Positions 31,119 to 40,616 of a stretch of DNA of 64,000 nucleotides are shown here, piece after piece. This DNA is from Meiothermus sp. GTDB taxonomy: Bacteria; Deinococcota; Deinococci; Deinococcales; Thermaceae. The translations under genes were made by a program, and so were the position numbers. Numbering within the stretch: the stretch's first letter is position 1; each line of letters starts with the position of its first letter. The stretch is from assembly GCA_033762915.1 (NCBI GenBank), contig JANRLD010000078.1:9550-73549 (forward strand). The letters are read 5' to 3'. The notes below the pieces were generated by a model. The model saw nothing but the letters and a program-made list of their open reading frames with translations. It had not been told where the DNA came from and did no database searches.

Positions 31119-32117
31119 GTGAAAAAGATCTTGAACAAGCCTGAAGAGTTCGTTAAGGACATGCTCGAGGGCCTCTACACCGCCCACCCCGATCAGGTGA
31201 CGCACGTCGGCAGCGACCTGCACTGCCTGGTGCGTGCCGACTCCCCCGTGCAGGGCAAAGTGGCGCTGGCGACCGGTGGCGGGTCGGGCCACCTGCCGGT
31301 CTTCCTGGGCTACGTAGGCCGGGGGATGCTCGACGGATGCGCCATCGGCGACGTGTTCCAGAGCCCCAGTGCCGATCAGATGCTCGAGGTCACCAAGCGC
31401 ATCAACGGCGGCAAGGGCGTGGTCTACATCTACGGCAATTACGGCGGCGACATCATGAACTTCGACATGGCGACCGAGATGGCCTCGATGGACGACATCG
31501 AGGTACGCACCGTCTTGGTCAAGGACGACGTGGCCAGCGCCACCGCCGACCGCGCCGACACCCGCCGCGGGGTGGCCGGGATGGTCTTCGCCTTCAAGAC
31601 AGCAGGTGCCAAGGCCGACCAGGGCGGCTCGCTGGACGAGGTGGAGGCCGTTGCCAAGAAGACCCTCGCCAACACCCGCACCATGGGGGTTGCGCTGGGG
31701 CCGTGCATCCTGCCCGCCGTGGGCAAGCCGGGCTTCGAGATCGGCGAGGGTGAGATGGAGCTGGGCATGGGCATTCACGGCGAGCCGGGGGTGAAGCGCG
31801 GCAAGCTCGAGAGCGCCGACCACATCGCCGAAGCCATCCTGAGCACCATTACCGCCGACCTGCCGCTGTCCCCCGGCGACAAGGTCGCGGTGATGGTCAA
31901 CGGGCTGGGGGCCACGCCGCTCGAGGAGCTATACATCCTCTATCGCCGCGTCCACGCGATTCTCAAAGACAAAGGCGTTTCGGTGCATCGCCCGTTCATC
32001 GGCGAGTTCGCAACCAGCATGGAGATGCCCGGCGCGAGCATCACCATCCTCAAACTCGACGACGAGCTGACCAGCCTCCTCGATCACCCCGCGCACACGC
32101 CGTTTTTTAGGGTCTGA
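31119..32117 (+). CDS. dhaK: Dihydroxyacetone kinase subunit DhaK-like
   Basis: GTG KKILN start with GGAGG RBS; GGGSGHLP, NYGGD.MNF, RRGVAG, GMGIHGEPG. Confidence 0.9.
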   Translation: MKKILNKPEEFVKDMLEGLYTAHPDQVTHVGSDLHCLVRADSPVQGKVALATGGGSGHLPVFLGYVGRGMLDGCAIGDVFQSPSADQMLEVTKRINGGKGVVYIYGNYGGDIMNFDMATEMASMDDIEVRTVLVKDDVASATADRADTRRGVAGMVFAFKTAGAKADQGGSLDEVEAVAKKTLANTRTMGVALGPCILPAVGKPGFEIGEGEMELGMGIHGEPGVKRGKLESADHIAEAILSTITADLPLSPGDKVAVMVNGLGATPLEELYILYRRVHAILKDKGVSVHRPFIGEFATSMEMPGASITILKLDDELTSLLDHPAHTPFFRV

Positions 32118-32277
32118 AGTTGTCAGGAGCGGTATGTGCCCGCCCTACCGCCGCGCCCAGGTTACTTCGGTGGGCGCCCGGCCCGAAAGTCTCCCGTCCA
32201 CGGCTGGGTGCGGTCCCCCACCGGGGCCACTGGGTTCCCGGACAAATAAAAGCGGACGAGTTCTAAGCATAAAGACC

Positions 32278-32931
32278 ATGAACATCACCGGCAACCTAAT
32301 CGTAGGGGCGCTGAACCGCGCCGCAAACCGCCTCGTCGCCATGCGCGACCAGCTCAACACCCTGGACGCCGCGATGGGCGACGGCGACTCAGGGCTCACG
32401 GCAGAGAAAGGGGCGACAGGGCTCTTGGAGTACCTGACCACCAACCCTCCATCGGCAGACCTCGGCAAGTGGCTCGCCCAGGCCGGCATGGCCTACAACA
32501 AGGCCGCACCCTCCACCATGGGCGCATTGGTGGCGACCGCCTTCATGCGGGCGGGCAAGGAGGTGATGGGCAAGCCTGATCTGGCTGCCGAAGACCTCGC
32601 CAAGATGTTCCTGGCCGCCAGCCTGGGCATTCAGGAGCGAGGCAAGGCCAAGCCCGGCGACAAGACCATCGTCGACGCGATGCACCCGGCGGCTGAGGCG
32701 TTCGGCGCAGCCGTAGCGGCAGGCGATTCGCTCGAGGCCGCCGGCGCGAAGGCCCTCGAGGCCGCGAGGCGGGGCCGCGACGCCGCCATCCCCCTGCGCT
32801 CGATGATGGGCCGTGCCAACTGGGTCGGAGAACGCACCGAGGGCCGTCCCGACCCCGGCACGGTCTTGTTCGTGGGGGCGCTCGAGGCGGTTATGGGCGC
32901 CGAGGCCAGCGAGCCCGGATCCACAATGTAA
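32278..32931 (+). CDS. dhaL: Dihydroxyacetone kinase subunit DhaL-like
   Basis: [34 protein letters not shown]. Confidence 0.9.
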   Translation: MNITGNLIVGALNRAANRLVAMRDQLNTLDAAMGDGDSGLTAEKGATGLLEYLTTNPPSADLGKWLAQAGMAYNKAAPSTMGALVATAFMRAGKEVMGKPDLAAEDLAKMFLAASLGIQERGKAKPGDKTIVDAMHPAAEAFGAAVAAGDSLEAAGAKALEAARRGRDAAIPLRSMMGRANWVGERTEGRPDPGTVLFVGALEAVMGAEASEPGSTM

Positions 32932-33028
32932 GCGCCAAGAAAGAGTAGCGAGCAAAGAGGGGGCAAGATCAAAAGCCTTTGACTTCTCTTCCCCTCTCTC
33001 CTCTTTCCTCTGACTTTTTGGGGGTTTA

Positions 33029-34540
33029 ATGTCTCGACACTTCATCGGCGTAGACGGCGGCACCGAGAGCCTGCGGGCGGGCGTGTTCAACGAGCGGGGG
33101 AACCCGCTGGCGTTCGCAGCGACGGCCTACAAGACCGAGTTTCCCCAGCCCGCGAGGGCAGAGCAGAACCCCGCCGACTGGTGGCGGGCGCTGGGCGAGA
33201 GCGTGCGAAAGGCCGTGGCGGAGGCGGGGGTGTCGCCGTCGAGCATCGCGGCAATCTGCCTGGACACGACCTGCTGCAGCGTGGTGGCGCTCGACGCCAA
33301 GGGCGACCCGGTGCGGCCGGCGCTGATCTGGATGGACGTGCGCAGCGGCGAGCAAGCCCGGCGGATTGCCAACTCTGGCGACCCGGCGCTGCGGGTGAAC
33401 GGCTACGGCCCGGTGAGCGCGGAATGGATGGCCCCCAAGGCACTGTGGATGAAGGAGCACGAGCCTGAAAACTTCGGGGCCGCGACCTACGTCTGCGAGT
33501 ACCAGGACTACCTGAACCACAAGCTCACCGGGCGGATGGTGGGGAGCCTCAACAACGCCTCGATCCGCTGGCACTACGACAACAGCCGGGGCGGCCTCCA
33601 GGCGTCGCTGTTCGAGAAGGTCGGGCTGGGTGAGGTGCTCGAGAAGTTCCCCAGGGAAATCCTGGCGATGGGGGAGGTGATCGGCCCGCTGACGCCGGAG
33701 GCCGCCGCACATCTGGGCCTGCCGCAGTCCACGCCGGTGATCCAGGGGGGCGCCGACGCCTTCGTGGCGATGGTGGGGCTGGCGGTGGTGCGGCCCGGAC
33801 GGCTGGCCTTTATCACCGGCTCGAGCCACCTCCACCTGGGTCTCTCCGATAGGCCCCTGCACGCCAGGGGCATCTGGGGCACCTACCCCGACGCAGTGGT
33901 AAAAGGGCTCTACACCGTCGAGGGCGGCCAGACCAGCACTGGCAGCGTGATCGCCTGGCTGCGCCGCCTGATGGGCGAACCCGACTACGCCACGCTCAAC
34001 GAGCGGGCCGCCAAGCTCCCGCCGGGGGCTCAGGGGCTGGTGGTGCTCGAGCACTTCCAGGGCAACCGCACCCCCCACACCGACCCCGACAGCCGGGGCG
34101 TGATCTCCGGTCTGACGCTCGGCCACGGCCCGGAGCACCTCTTCCGCGCCGTCATCGAGGGCGTCGCCTACGGCACCGAGGACATCTTCGCCGCCATGCG
34201 CCGGGCCGGGTACGCGCCGCAAGAGTTCGTCCTCTGCGGCGGCGCGACCCGTAGCGAACTCTGGATGCAGATCCACGCCGACGTGAGCGGCGTCCCGCTC
34301 CGTCTGACCCGAGTCCCCGACGCCGCCGCCCTGGGCAGCGCGATCCTGGCAGCGGTGGGGGTGGGCGCCTACAGCTCGATCGCCGAGGCCTGCGAACACA
34401 TGGTCGAGTTCACTCGAGTCGTCGAGCCCGACCCGCACAAGCACGAGGCGTACAAGCCACTGCTGGAGGCCTACCGCTCGACCTACGCTAGCCTGAAAGA
34501 CACGCTGCACAAGCAGGCGGAACTGGCGAGACAGGCCTAG
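33029..34540 (+). CDS. FGGY carbohydrate kinase (ribulokinase/xylulokinase-like)
   Basis: [36 protein letters not shown]. Confidence 0.92.
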   Translation: MSRHFIGVDGGTESLRAGVFNERGNPLAFAATAYKTEFPQPARAEQNPADWWRALGESVRKAVAEAGVSPSSIAAICLDTTCCSVVALDAKGDPVRPALIWMDVRSGEQARRIANSGDPALRVNGYGPVSAEWMAPKALWMKEHEPENFGAATYVCEYQDYLNHKLTGRMVGSLNNASIRWHYDNSRGGLQASLFEKVGLGEVLEKFPREILAMGEVIGPLTPEAAAHLGLPQSTPVIQGGADAFVAMVGLAVVRPGRLAFITGSSHLHLGLSDRPLHARGIWGTYPDAVVKGLYTVEGGQTSTGSVIAWLRRLMGEPDYATLNERAAKLPPGAQGLVVLEHFQGNRTPHTDPDSRGVISGLTLGHGPEHLFRAVIEGVAYGTEDIFAAMRRAGYAPQEFVLCGGATRSELWMQIHADVSGVPLRLTRVPDAAALGSAILAAVGVGAYSSIAEACEHMVEFTRVVEPDPHKHEAYKPLLEAYRSTYASLKDTLHKQAELARQA

Positions 34541-34631
34541 GGCGTGGGGTGAAGGAATAGGCAAAGTCAAAACCCACAGGCCTGCTTGTACCCTTTACCT
34601 CTCCCCTAAACCCGTCCGCGAAGGAGACCCC

Positions 34632-35714
34632 ATGGAATACCGCAGACTCGGCAACTCGGGACTCATCGTCAGCGCCCTGTCGCTGGGCACCATGCAGTTC
34701 GGCAAGGCCATGAACATGGGCCAACTCGACCAGAAGGCCACCAACAGCATGGTCAAGTTCGCCCTCGAGCGGGGCGTGAACTTCATCGACACCGCCGACG
34801 TCTACTCCGGCGGCGAGTCGGAGACCCTGCTGGGCAATGCGCTCAAGGGCGTGCGCGAAGAGATCGTGCTGGCGACCAAGTGTCGCCTGCCTATGAGCGA
34901 TAATTTCAACCGCTCGGGGGCCACCCGGGTCAACATCCTGCGCGGCGTGGAGTCGAGTCTCAAGCGGCTCCAGACCGACTACCTCGACCTCTACCAGGTC
35001 CACGGCTGGGACTCCAACACGCCGCTGGAAGAAACCCTGACCACGCTCAACGACCTGGTGCGCCGGGGCATGGTGCGGCACATCGGCTTCTCCAACTACC
35101 TCGGCTGGCAGGGCGCAACCGCCATCATGATGCAGAAGCAGATGGGCCTCGAGCCCTTCGTCACTGCGCAGATGTACTACTCCCTGGTGGGGCGCGAGCT
35201 CGAGTACGATTTTGTGTCCTTCGCGCAGCATCACAACATCGGCATTCTGGTCTGGAGCGCCCTGGCGGGCGGCTTCTTGAGTGGCAAGTATGCCGAGCCG
35301 GGCAAGGCCGGCAAGGGCACGCGCTTCGGCGAAGCCGGGCAGTTCGTGCCCTTCGACTGGAAGCGGAGCCGGCCAGTGCTGAAGGCGCTGCGCAAGGTGG
35401 CCGAGCGCCACGGCGTGAGCATGGCCAGGGCCGCCTACGCCTGGACAGTGCGCCAGCCAGGCGTCAGCAGCGTGATCGTGGCCGCCCGCAGGAACGAGCA
35501 GCTCGACGATAACCTCGAGGCCATCAACCTCAGGCTCACCGACGCCGACCTGAGGCTGCTCGACCGGGCCAGCCACCCTGGAACCCCCTACCCCAAGTGG
35601 ATGGTCCTGCAGCTCGACCAGGCCGAAGACCCGCGCCCCAAGGTGCTCGAGCCCGAGCGCTTCAGTGACGGCGGGCCGTGGGAGGACTTGCGGTTCAGGA
35701 AGAAGTCCCGCTGA
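34632..35714 (+). CDS. Aldo/keto reductase
   Basis: LGNSGL.VS.L.LGTM, IDTADVY, SLKRLQTDYLDLYQVH, WSALAGG. Confidence 0.93.
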   Translation: MEYRRLGNSGLIVSALSLGTMQFGKAMNMGQLDQKATNSMVKFALERGVNFIDTADVYSGGESETLLGNALKGVREEIVLATKCRLPMSDNFNRSGATRVNILRGVESSLKRLQTDYLDLYQVHGWDSNTPLEETLTTLNDLVRRGMVRHIGFSNYLGWQGATAIMMQKQMGLEPFVTAQMYYSLVGRELEYDFVSFAQHHNIGILVWSALAGGFLSGKYAEPGKAGKGTRFGEAGQFVPFDWKRSRPVLKALRKVAERHGVSMARAAYAWTVRQPGVSSVIVAARRNEQLDDNLEAINLRLTDADLRLLDRASHPGTPYPKWMVLQLDQAEDPRPKVLEPERFSDGGPWEDLRFRKKSR

Positions 35715-35737
35715 AACAAGCGGCCAACAGAGGGCAC

Positions 35738-36187
35738 ATGACCAACGGCGCAGCGGGCGCATCCCTCTAGGGCACTTGGGAGATCGTGTCCTTCACGGCG
35801 CAGTGGCCCGACGGGCGTGTGACCGAGCCGTTCGGGGGGCGCCCAGTCGGGCGCATCATCTATGAGGCCGACGGCCGCGTGACCGCCCTGCTGATGCACG
35901 AGCGGCGGAACGAGGCGGATGGACACCGCAGCCCGCCGGAGGTGCAGGCCGGGTTCACTGCGTACTTCGGCACCTATCGCACGGACGAAGAGCGAAGCAT
36001 AGTCACCCACAGCGTGACTGCCTCCCTGAGCGCCGCCCGCGCCTCGGGCGAGTTCCAGCGCCACTACAAGATCCACGGGGACACCCTGACGCTGACCTTC
36101 ACCAGGGAGCAAGGCGGCCTGCCGGTCACAAACAGCCTGGTCTGGAGGCGCGTCTCGAGCCCGGATCGCCAGCGCACGGCAGGGTAG
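35738..36187 (+). pseudogene. Lipocalin-like domain protein interrupted by an in-frame TAG at codon 11
   Basis: ATG 35738 with RBS reads MTNGAAGASL*GTWEIVSF; downstream AYFGTY and LVWRR motifs. Confidence 0.7.
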
Positions 36188-36351
36188 ACGAACCTGGGGC
36201 CAAACGCGTGCGGATGGGTGGGACCGCAGCAGAACGGGTCATTCCCCACAGAGTTTCTCAGCAACGTCGGGTAGTTTTAGGCTAACCTTCGGGTGCAGAT
36301 AACAGGCAAGCCAGACCTTGTGGCACCAGAGCTATACCTTTTTCGTGGCGA

Positions 36352-36366
36352 TGCAAACGATTGCAG
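36352..36366. promoter_or_regulatory. LacI-family operator candidate upstream of E1 alpha
   Basis: TGCAAACGATTGCAG, abutting the GAGGT SD. Confidence 0.7.
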
Positions 36367-36376
36367 AGGTGACCCT

Positions 36377-37408
36377 GTGAGTGAAATCATCCCTGAAGCC
36401 CGGCGACTCGAGTTGCTCCGCACCATGCTGCGCATCCGCGCCTTCGAGGAGAAGGTGGGCGAGCTGTTCCTAAAAGGCGGGACGGCGGGCTCGATGCTAC
36501 ACCTTTCCATTGGCGAGGAGGGCGCGGCGGCGGGCGTGGCCCTGGCCATGAAGCCCGGCGACACCTTCACCACCCACCACCGGGGGCACGGCATCTTCGT
36601 GGCGCGGGGCGGCGACGTGAACCGCATGATGGCCGAGATCGCGGGCAAGATCACCGGCTACTGCCGGGGCAAGGGCGGCTCGATGCACATCGCCGACATG
36701 AGCCTGGGACATCTGGGGGCCAACGCGATAGTGGGCGGGGGGATTCCGGCGGTGGTGGGGGCGGGGCTATCCAGCAAAACCCTGAGCCAGGGTTCAGTTA
36801 GCGTGGCCTTCTTTGGCGACGGGGCCATGCAACAGGGCATCTGCTTCGAGAGCATGAACCTGGCCGCCTTGTGGAAGCTGCCAGTGGTCTTCGCGGTCAT
36901 CAACAACCAGTACGGCATGGGGACACGCATCGACCGGGCCAGCGCCACCCTGGACTTCGCGGGCCGGGCCAGGGGCTTCGGGCTCACTGCCCTCGAGGTG
37001 GATGCCACCCAGCCCGAGCAGGTCTTGGCGGCAGCGCAAGAACTGATCGAGCACGCCAGGGCGGGCCGGGGCGCGGGTTTCATCGTCGCCAACTGCTACC
37101 GCTTCTACGGCCACGCGCGCAAGGACAAGTCCCCCTATCGGGACGAGGCGGAGGAGCTCGAAGGCCGCAAGCGCGACCCCATCCTCAACCATAAGGATGC
37201 GCTGGTCGCCGCGGGGCTGCTGAGCGAGGCCGGGTTCGAGGAGATGAACGGGGCCGCCAACCTCGAGATGGACGAGGCCGTGGCCTTCGCGCAAACCTCG
37301 GAGCTGCCGGGGCTGGAGACCATGTTCGAGGACGTGTTTGACCCCTCCATCCCCAGGCCGGTTAGCGTGGACGAGCGGCTGGATAGGGTGCTAGGGGGTG
37401 GGGCGTGA
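36377..37408 (+). CDS. TPP-dependent dehydrogenase E1 alpha (acetoin/pyruvate dehydrogenase-like)
   Basis: HLSIGEE, HRGHG, GKGGSMH, GDGA..NNQY TPP motif, YRFYGH. Confidence 0.92.
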   Translation: MSEIIPEARRLELLRTMLRIRAFEEKVGELFLKGGTAGSMLHLSIGEEGAAAGVALAMKPGDTFTTHHRGHGIFVARGGDVNRMMAEIAGKITGYCRGKGGSMHIADMSLGHLGANAIVGGGIPAVVGAGLSSKTLSQGSVSVAFFGDGAMQQGICFESMNLAALWKLPVVFAVINNQYGMGTRIDRASATLDFAGRARGFGLTALEVDATQPEQVLAAAQELIEHARAGRGAGFIVANCYRFYGHARKDKSPYRDEAEELEGRKRDPILNHKDALVAAGLLSEAGFEEMNGAANLEMDEAVAFAQTSELPGLETMFEDVFDPSIPRPVSVDERLDRVLGGGA

Positions 37409-37802
37409 GAGGATGGTCAAAGGTCGTACGTCGTACGTCGTACGCCAAGGTCAACGGATTAACCCCCCCACGGTCTGCGGAGTGGCACGGCGCAGACCGC
37501 GCAAGTTTGCGGCTCGCCTCCCCTGATGTTCGCGGCAGACTGGTTATCCAACTGCCCTGCACCCGCCCATTGCCCAAGGGGGGTCAAGAAAGGCCGAGCC
37601 TCGCCCAGACGTGCCCCCCCTTGAGCGGCCAAGCTGCGGCTCGAGAACTGAGCACTCAAACTACTACAACCCTCAGGGGGAGACGCAAGGCGCAGAGCAA
37701 GATAAAGAACTATCGCAACCCCCACAACTCGAGGGGGGGTTCGCCTTTGACGTTCGCCCCTCCCGCCCTCCCCCACTCCCCCTCTCCCCTAAAAGGTGCC
37801 CG

Positions 37803-38819
37803 ATGACCTCCCCCCTCCCCACCCCCAGCCCCGTCCCATTCGGCCAGGAGATTGAGTTCCGCGCCGCCCTGCGCGAGGCCATCCGGCAGGAGATGCGGGC
37901 TAACCCCAGCGTGGTCCTGATCGGCGAAGAGGTGGCGCGGTACGGCGGCGCGTATGCAGTCTCCAAGGGGCTTTTGGAGGAGTTCGGCGAGGCTCGAGTG
38001 CTCGACACCCCCATCAGCGAGGCGGCCATCGTCGGCACCGCCGTGGGTGCGGCCATGACCGGGCTAAAACCCATCGCCGAGTTGATGTACGTGGACTTCG
38101 CCTACCTGGCGATGGATCAGATCGCCAACCAGGCCGCCAAGATCCGCTACATGTTCGGCGGGCAGATCGGGGTACCGATGGTGCTGCGGGCCCCCATGGG
38201 CACCGGGCGCAGCGGCGGGGCGCAGCACAGCCAGAGCCTCGAGGCTCTCTTCTGGCACACCCCCGGCCTGCGCATCGCCATCCCCGCCACCGTCACCGAC
38301 TGCTACTTCCTGCTGCGCGAGGCCATCAACTCGCCCGACCCAGTGGTCTTTCTGGAGCACAAGGCCCTCTACGTCAGCAAAGGCGTCCTCGAGCCCGACG
38401 CCCCCCCGATGGGCGTGGCAGTGACGCGGCGCAAGGGCCAGCACCTCACCATCGTCACCTACTCCAGACAGCTCTTCTACTGCCTCCAGGCCGCCGAAGA
38501 GCTGGCCAAGGAGGGCATCGAAGCTGAGGTGATTGACCTCCGCACCCTCAACCCGCTCGACCTAGAGACCCTGGCCCAGTCGGTCAGGCGGACGGGCCGC
38601 GCCCTGATCGTCACCGAGGACACCCTGACGGCGGGGGTCAGCGCCGAGCTGTCGGCGCTGATTCAGGAGGAGTGCTTCGACTACCTCGAGGAGCCTGTCC
38701 TGCGTCTATGCGCCGAGGACATCCCAATTCCGGTCTCGCCGCCCCTCGAGGCGGGCAGCGTGCCCAGCCCGGCCCGCATCGCCCAGACCGCCCGAAGACT
38801 CGTACGGAGGGCGCGGTGA
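37803..38819 (+). CDS. Dehydrogenase E1 beta subunit
   Basis: IGEEV..YGG, DTPISE, QHSQS, IDLRTL.PLD. Confidence 0.92.
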   Translation: MTSPLPTPSPVPFGQEIEFRAALREAIRQEMRANPSVVLIGEEVARYGGAYAVSKGLLEEFGEARVLDTPISEAAIVGTAVGAAMTGLKPIAELMYVDFAYLAMDQIANQAAKIRYMFGGQIGVPMVLRAPMGTGRSGGAQHSQSLEALFWHTPGLRIAIPATVTDCYFLLREAINSPDPVVFLEHKALYVSKGVLEPDAPPMGVAVTRRKGQHLTIVTYSRQLFYCLQAAEELAKEGIEAEVIDLRTLNPLDLETLAQSVRRTGRALIVTEDTLTAGVSAELSALIQEECFDYLEEPVLRLCAEDIPIPVSPPLEAGSVPSPARIAQTARRLVRRAR

Positions 38820-40054
38820 GGCCGCTCGAGCTGCCCCGCATGGGCGAGACGATGGAAGAAGGCGAGCTGATCGCCTGGGTGAAGAAGCCGGGCGAGGCGG
38901 TCAAACGCGGCGAGGTAGTGGCCGAGATCGGCACCGACAAGATTGTGGCCGAGATGCCCGCGCTCGAAGACTTCGTGCTCGAGGAGTACCTGGTTCAGCA
39001 GGGCCAGACCGTAAAGGTAGGGCAGCCGATAGCTCGGATCAGCACCGCAGGAACGGCCAACGGGGAACAGCCTCCAGCCGCAGCCGTGAAACAAGCCACT
39101 CCCGCAATTGGGACGGCGGGCCCGTCGACCCTACCGGCCCGGCAAACCGAATCGCCGGTCTCGGCCCCAGCCCCCAACAAGCTCCGGGCTTCGCCCGCTG
39201 CCCGCCGCCTGGCGCGGCAGTTGGGTCTCGAGCTCTCCGGCCTGGTGGGCACCGGGCCAAACGGGCGAGTTACGACAGACGACGTGCGGCGGAAGGCGGG
39301 GGATAGGGGCCGTCCACCCTCGGCCGTCAGCCATCGGCAAACCCTCGAGCCCCCGGCCTCTCCCCTCCCCACTCACCCCTCTCTCCCCTTCCACCCCTTC
39401 ACCCGCATCGAGGCTGCCACTGCCAGGGCCACCCAACTTTCCAAGCAGGAAATTCCGCACTTCTACGTGCGGGCCAGGGCCGACGTGACGGGCTTCATGC
39501 GCGGTCTGGAGGTCGAAAAGGCCAGGGGCCAACAGGTCAGCGTCAACGACCTGCTGGTGAAAGCGGTCGCGCTCGCGCTAAAGCAGCATCCCCGCCTGAA
39601 CGCGGTGATCGAAGGCGAGGGCCTCCGGCTCCTCGAGAACGTCCACATCGGCGTGATGACTGCCACCGCCGAGGGTCTGGTGTCCAGCGTAGTGCGCGAC
39701 GCAGACACCCTCTCACCCGCCCAGATCGGCTCGAGGGTGCGCGAGGTCAAGGCCAGGGCCGGCGCGGGCCGGGCCAGGGCCGAGGACATCGGGGGCGCAA
39801 CCTTCGGCATCTCCAACCTCGGCATGTTCGGCGTAGAAGAGTTCAGCGCCATCATCCTGCCCCCCAACGTGGCCATCCTGGCGGTGGGGGCAGTCCAGGA
39901 CGAGGTGACCGCCGAGGACGGAGCCATCCGCGTGGCCAAGACCCTCCGCCTCACCGTCAGTGCCGACCACCGCGCCGTGGATGGGGTGGAGGTCGCGCTG
40001 TTCTTGCAGACCCTAAGGAAATTACTCGAGCAGCCTCACCCACTGTTCGCCTAA
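38816..40054 (+). CDS. Dihydrolipoamide acyltransferase E2
   Basis: Lipoyl TDK motif, ASPAARRLA..GTGPNGR binding domain, SNLGMFG, DHRAVDG. Confidence 0.92.
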   Translation: MRPLELPRMGETMEEGELIAWVKKPGEAVKRGEVVAEIGTDKIVAEMPALEDFVLEEYLVQQGQTVKVGQPIARISTAGTANGEQPPAAAVKQATPAIGTAGPSTLPARQTESPVSAPAPNKLRASPAARRLARQLGLELSGLVGTGPNGRVTTDDVRRKAGDRGRPPSAVSHRQTLEPPASPLPTHPSLPFHPFTRIEAATARATQLSKQEIPHFYVRARADVTGFMRGLEVEKARGQQVSVNDLLVKAVALALKQHPRLNAVIEGEGLRLLENVHIGVMTATAEGLVSSVVRDADTLSPAQIGSRVREVKARAGAGRARAEDIGGATFGISNLGMFGVEEFSAIILPPNVAILAVGAVQDEVTAEDGAIRVAKTLRLTVSADHRAVDGVEVALFLQTLRKLLEQPHPLFA

Positions 40055-40096
40055 GGGTCTGCAGGGTTGGTGTGCGAGCCGCCACTCAGTCAAGCC

Positions 40097-40128
40097 TCTG
40101 CGTGCGGGGTATTCGTGGGAACCGCTGT
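40097..40128 (-). repeat. Partial family A repeat
   Basis: Reverse complement ACAGCGGTTCCCACGAATACCCCGCACGCAGA matches the left half of the 22813 copy. Confidence 0.7.
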
Positions 40129-40484
40129 TACTTCAGGCTCTTGAGGTAGGCCTGCAGGTCGGCCAACTGGGCGTCGGTGGGGACGCGGCTGACGGCGCTC
40201 TTCCACCCGTGGATGCTCCAACGGGGCATGACGGTGCTCAGTGGCCTGCCCTTATCGTCCACGCCGCGCAACACCGCCCGCCTGAACTGCACCGGACTCC
40301 AGTTCGCCACCTCGCCCTTGAGGGCCGGGCCGACACCGCTGATCCCAACCGCCCCGACCCCGTGACAGGTCTGGCAGTTCTCGCCGTACAGCCTGGCCCC
40401 TATGGTCACGCTGGCCGCATCTCCTATTGCCCAAGCCATCGCCGCGCCGACCAAGGCCGCCGTCACTACCGCGTATTTGTTCAT
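40128..40484 (-). CDS. c-type cytochrome
   Basis: Signal peptide, CQTCH, distal MP, L.AYLKSL. Confidence 0.9.
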   Translation of the reverse strand: MNKYAVVTAALVGAAMAWAIGDAASVTIGARLYGENCQTCHGVGAVGISGVGPALKGEVANWSPVQFRRAVLRGVDDKGRPLSTVMPRWSIHGWKSAVSRVPTDAQLADLQAYLKSLK

Positions 40485-40616
40485 TTGAACCCCCTCAAGC
40501 ACTTCGGTTACCCCGAAGCTACAACCGCCGAGGCCCCCCTTCCAGAGTCAAACGACCCCCACGCGTGGAACTTCCGACCCTTTTCCCCCACGCCGCCCCT
40601 CGTATACTGGGGCGTT

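Noticed and set aside
33026..35762. Long minus-strand ORFs (514 aa, 424 aa)
   Set aside because: Antisense to the FGGY kinase and AKR genes, with no motifs
36321..36336. Sigma-54 promoter before the E1-alpha gene
   Set aside because: TGGCAC is present but the -12 TTGC is not at the required spacing
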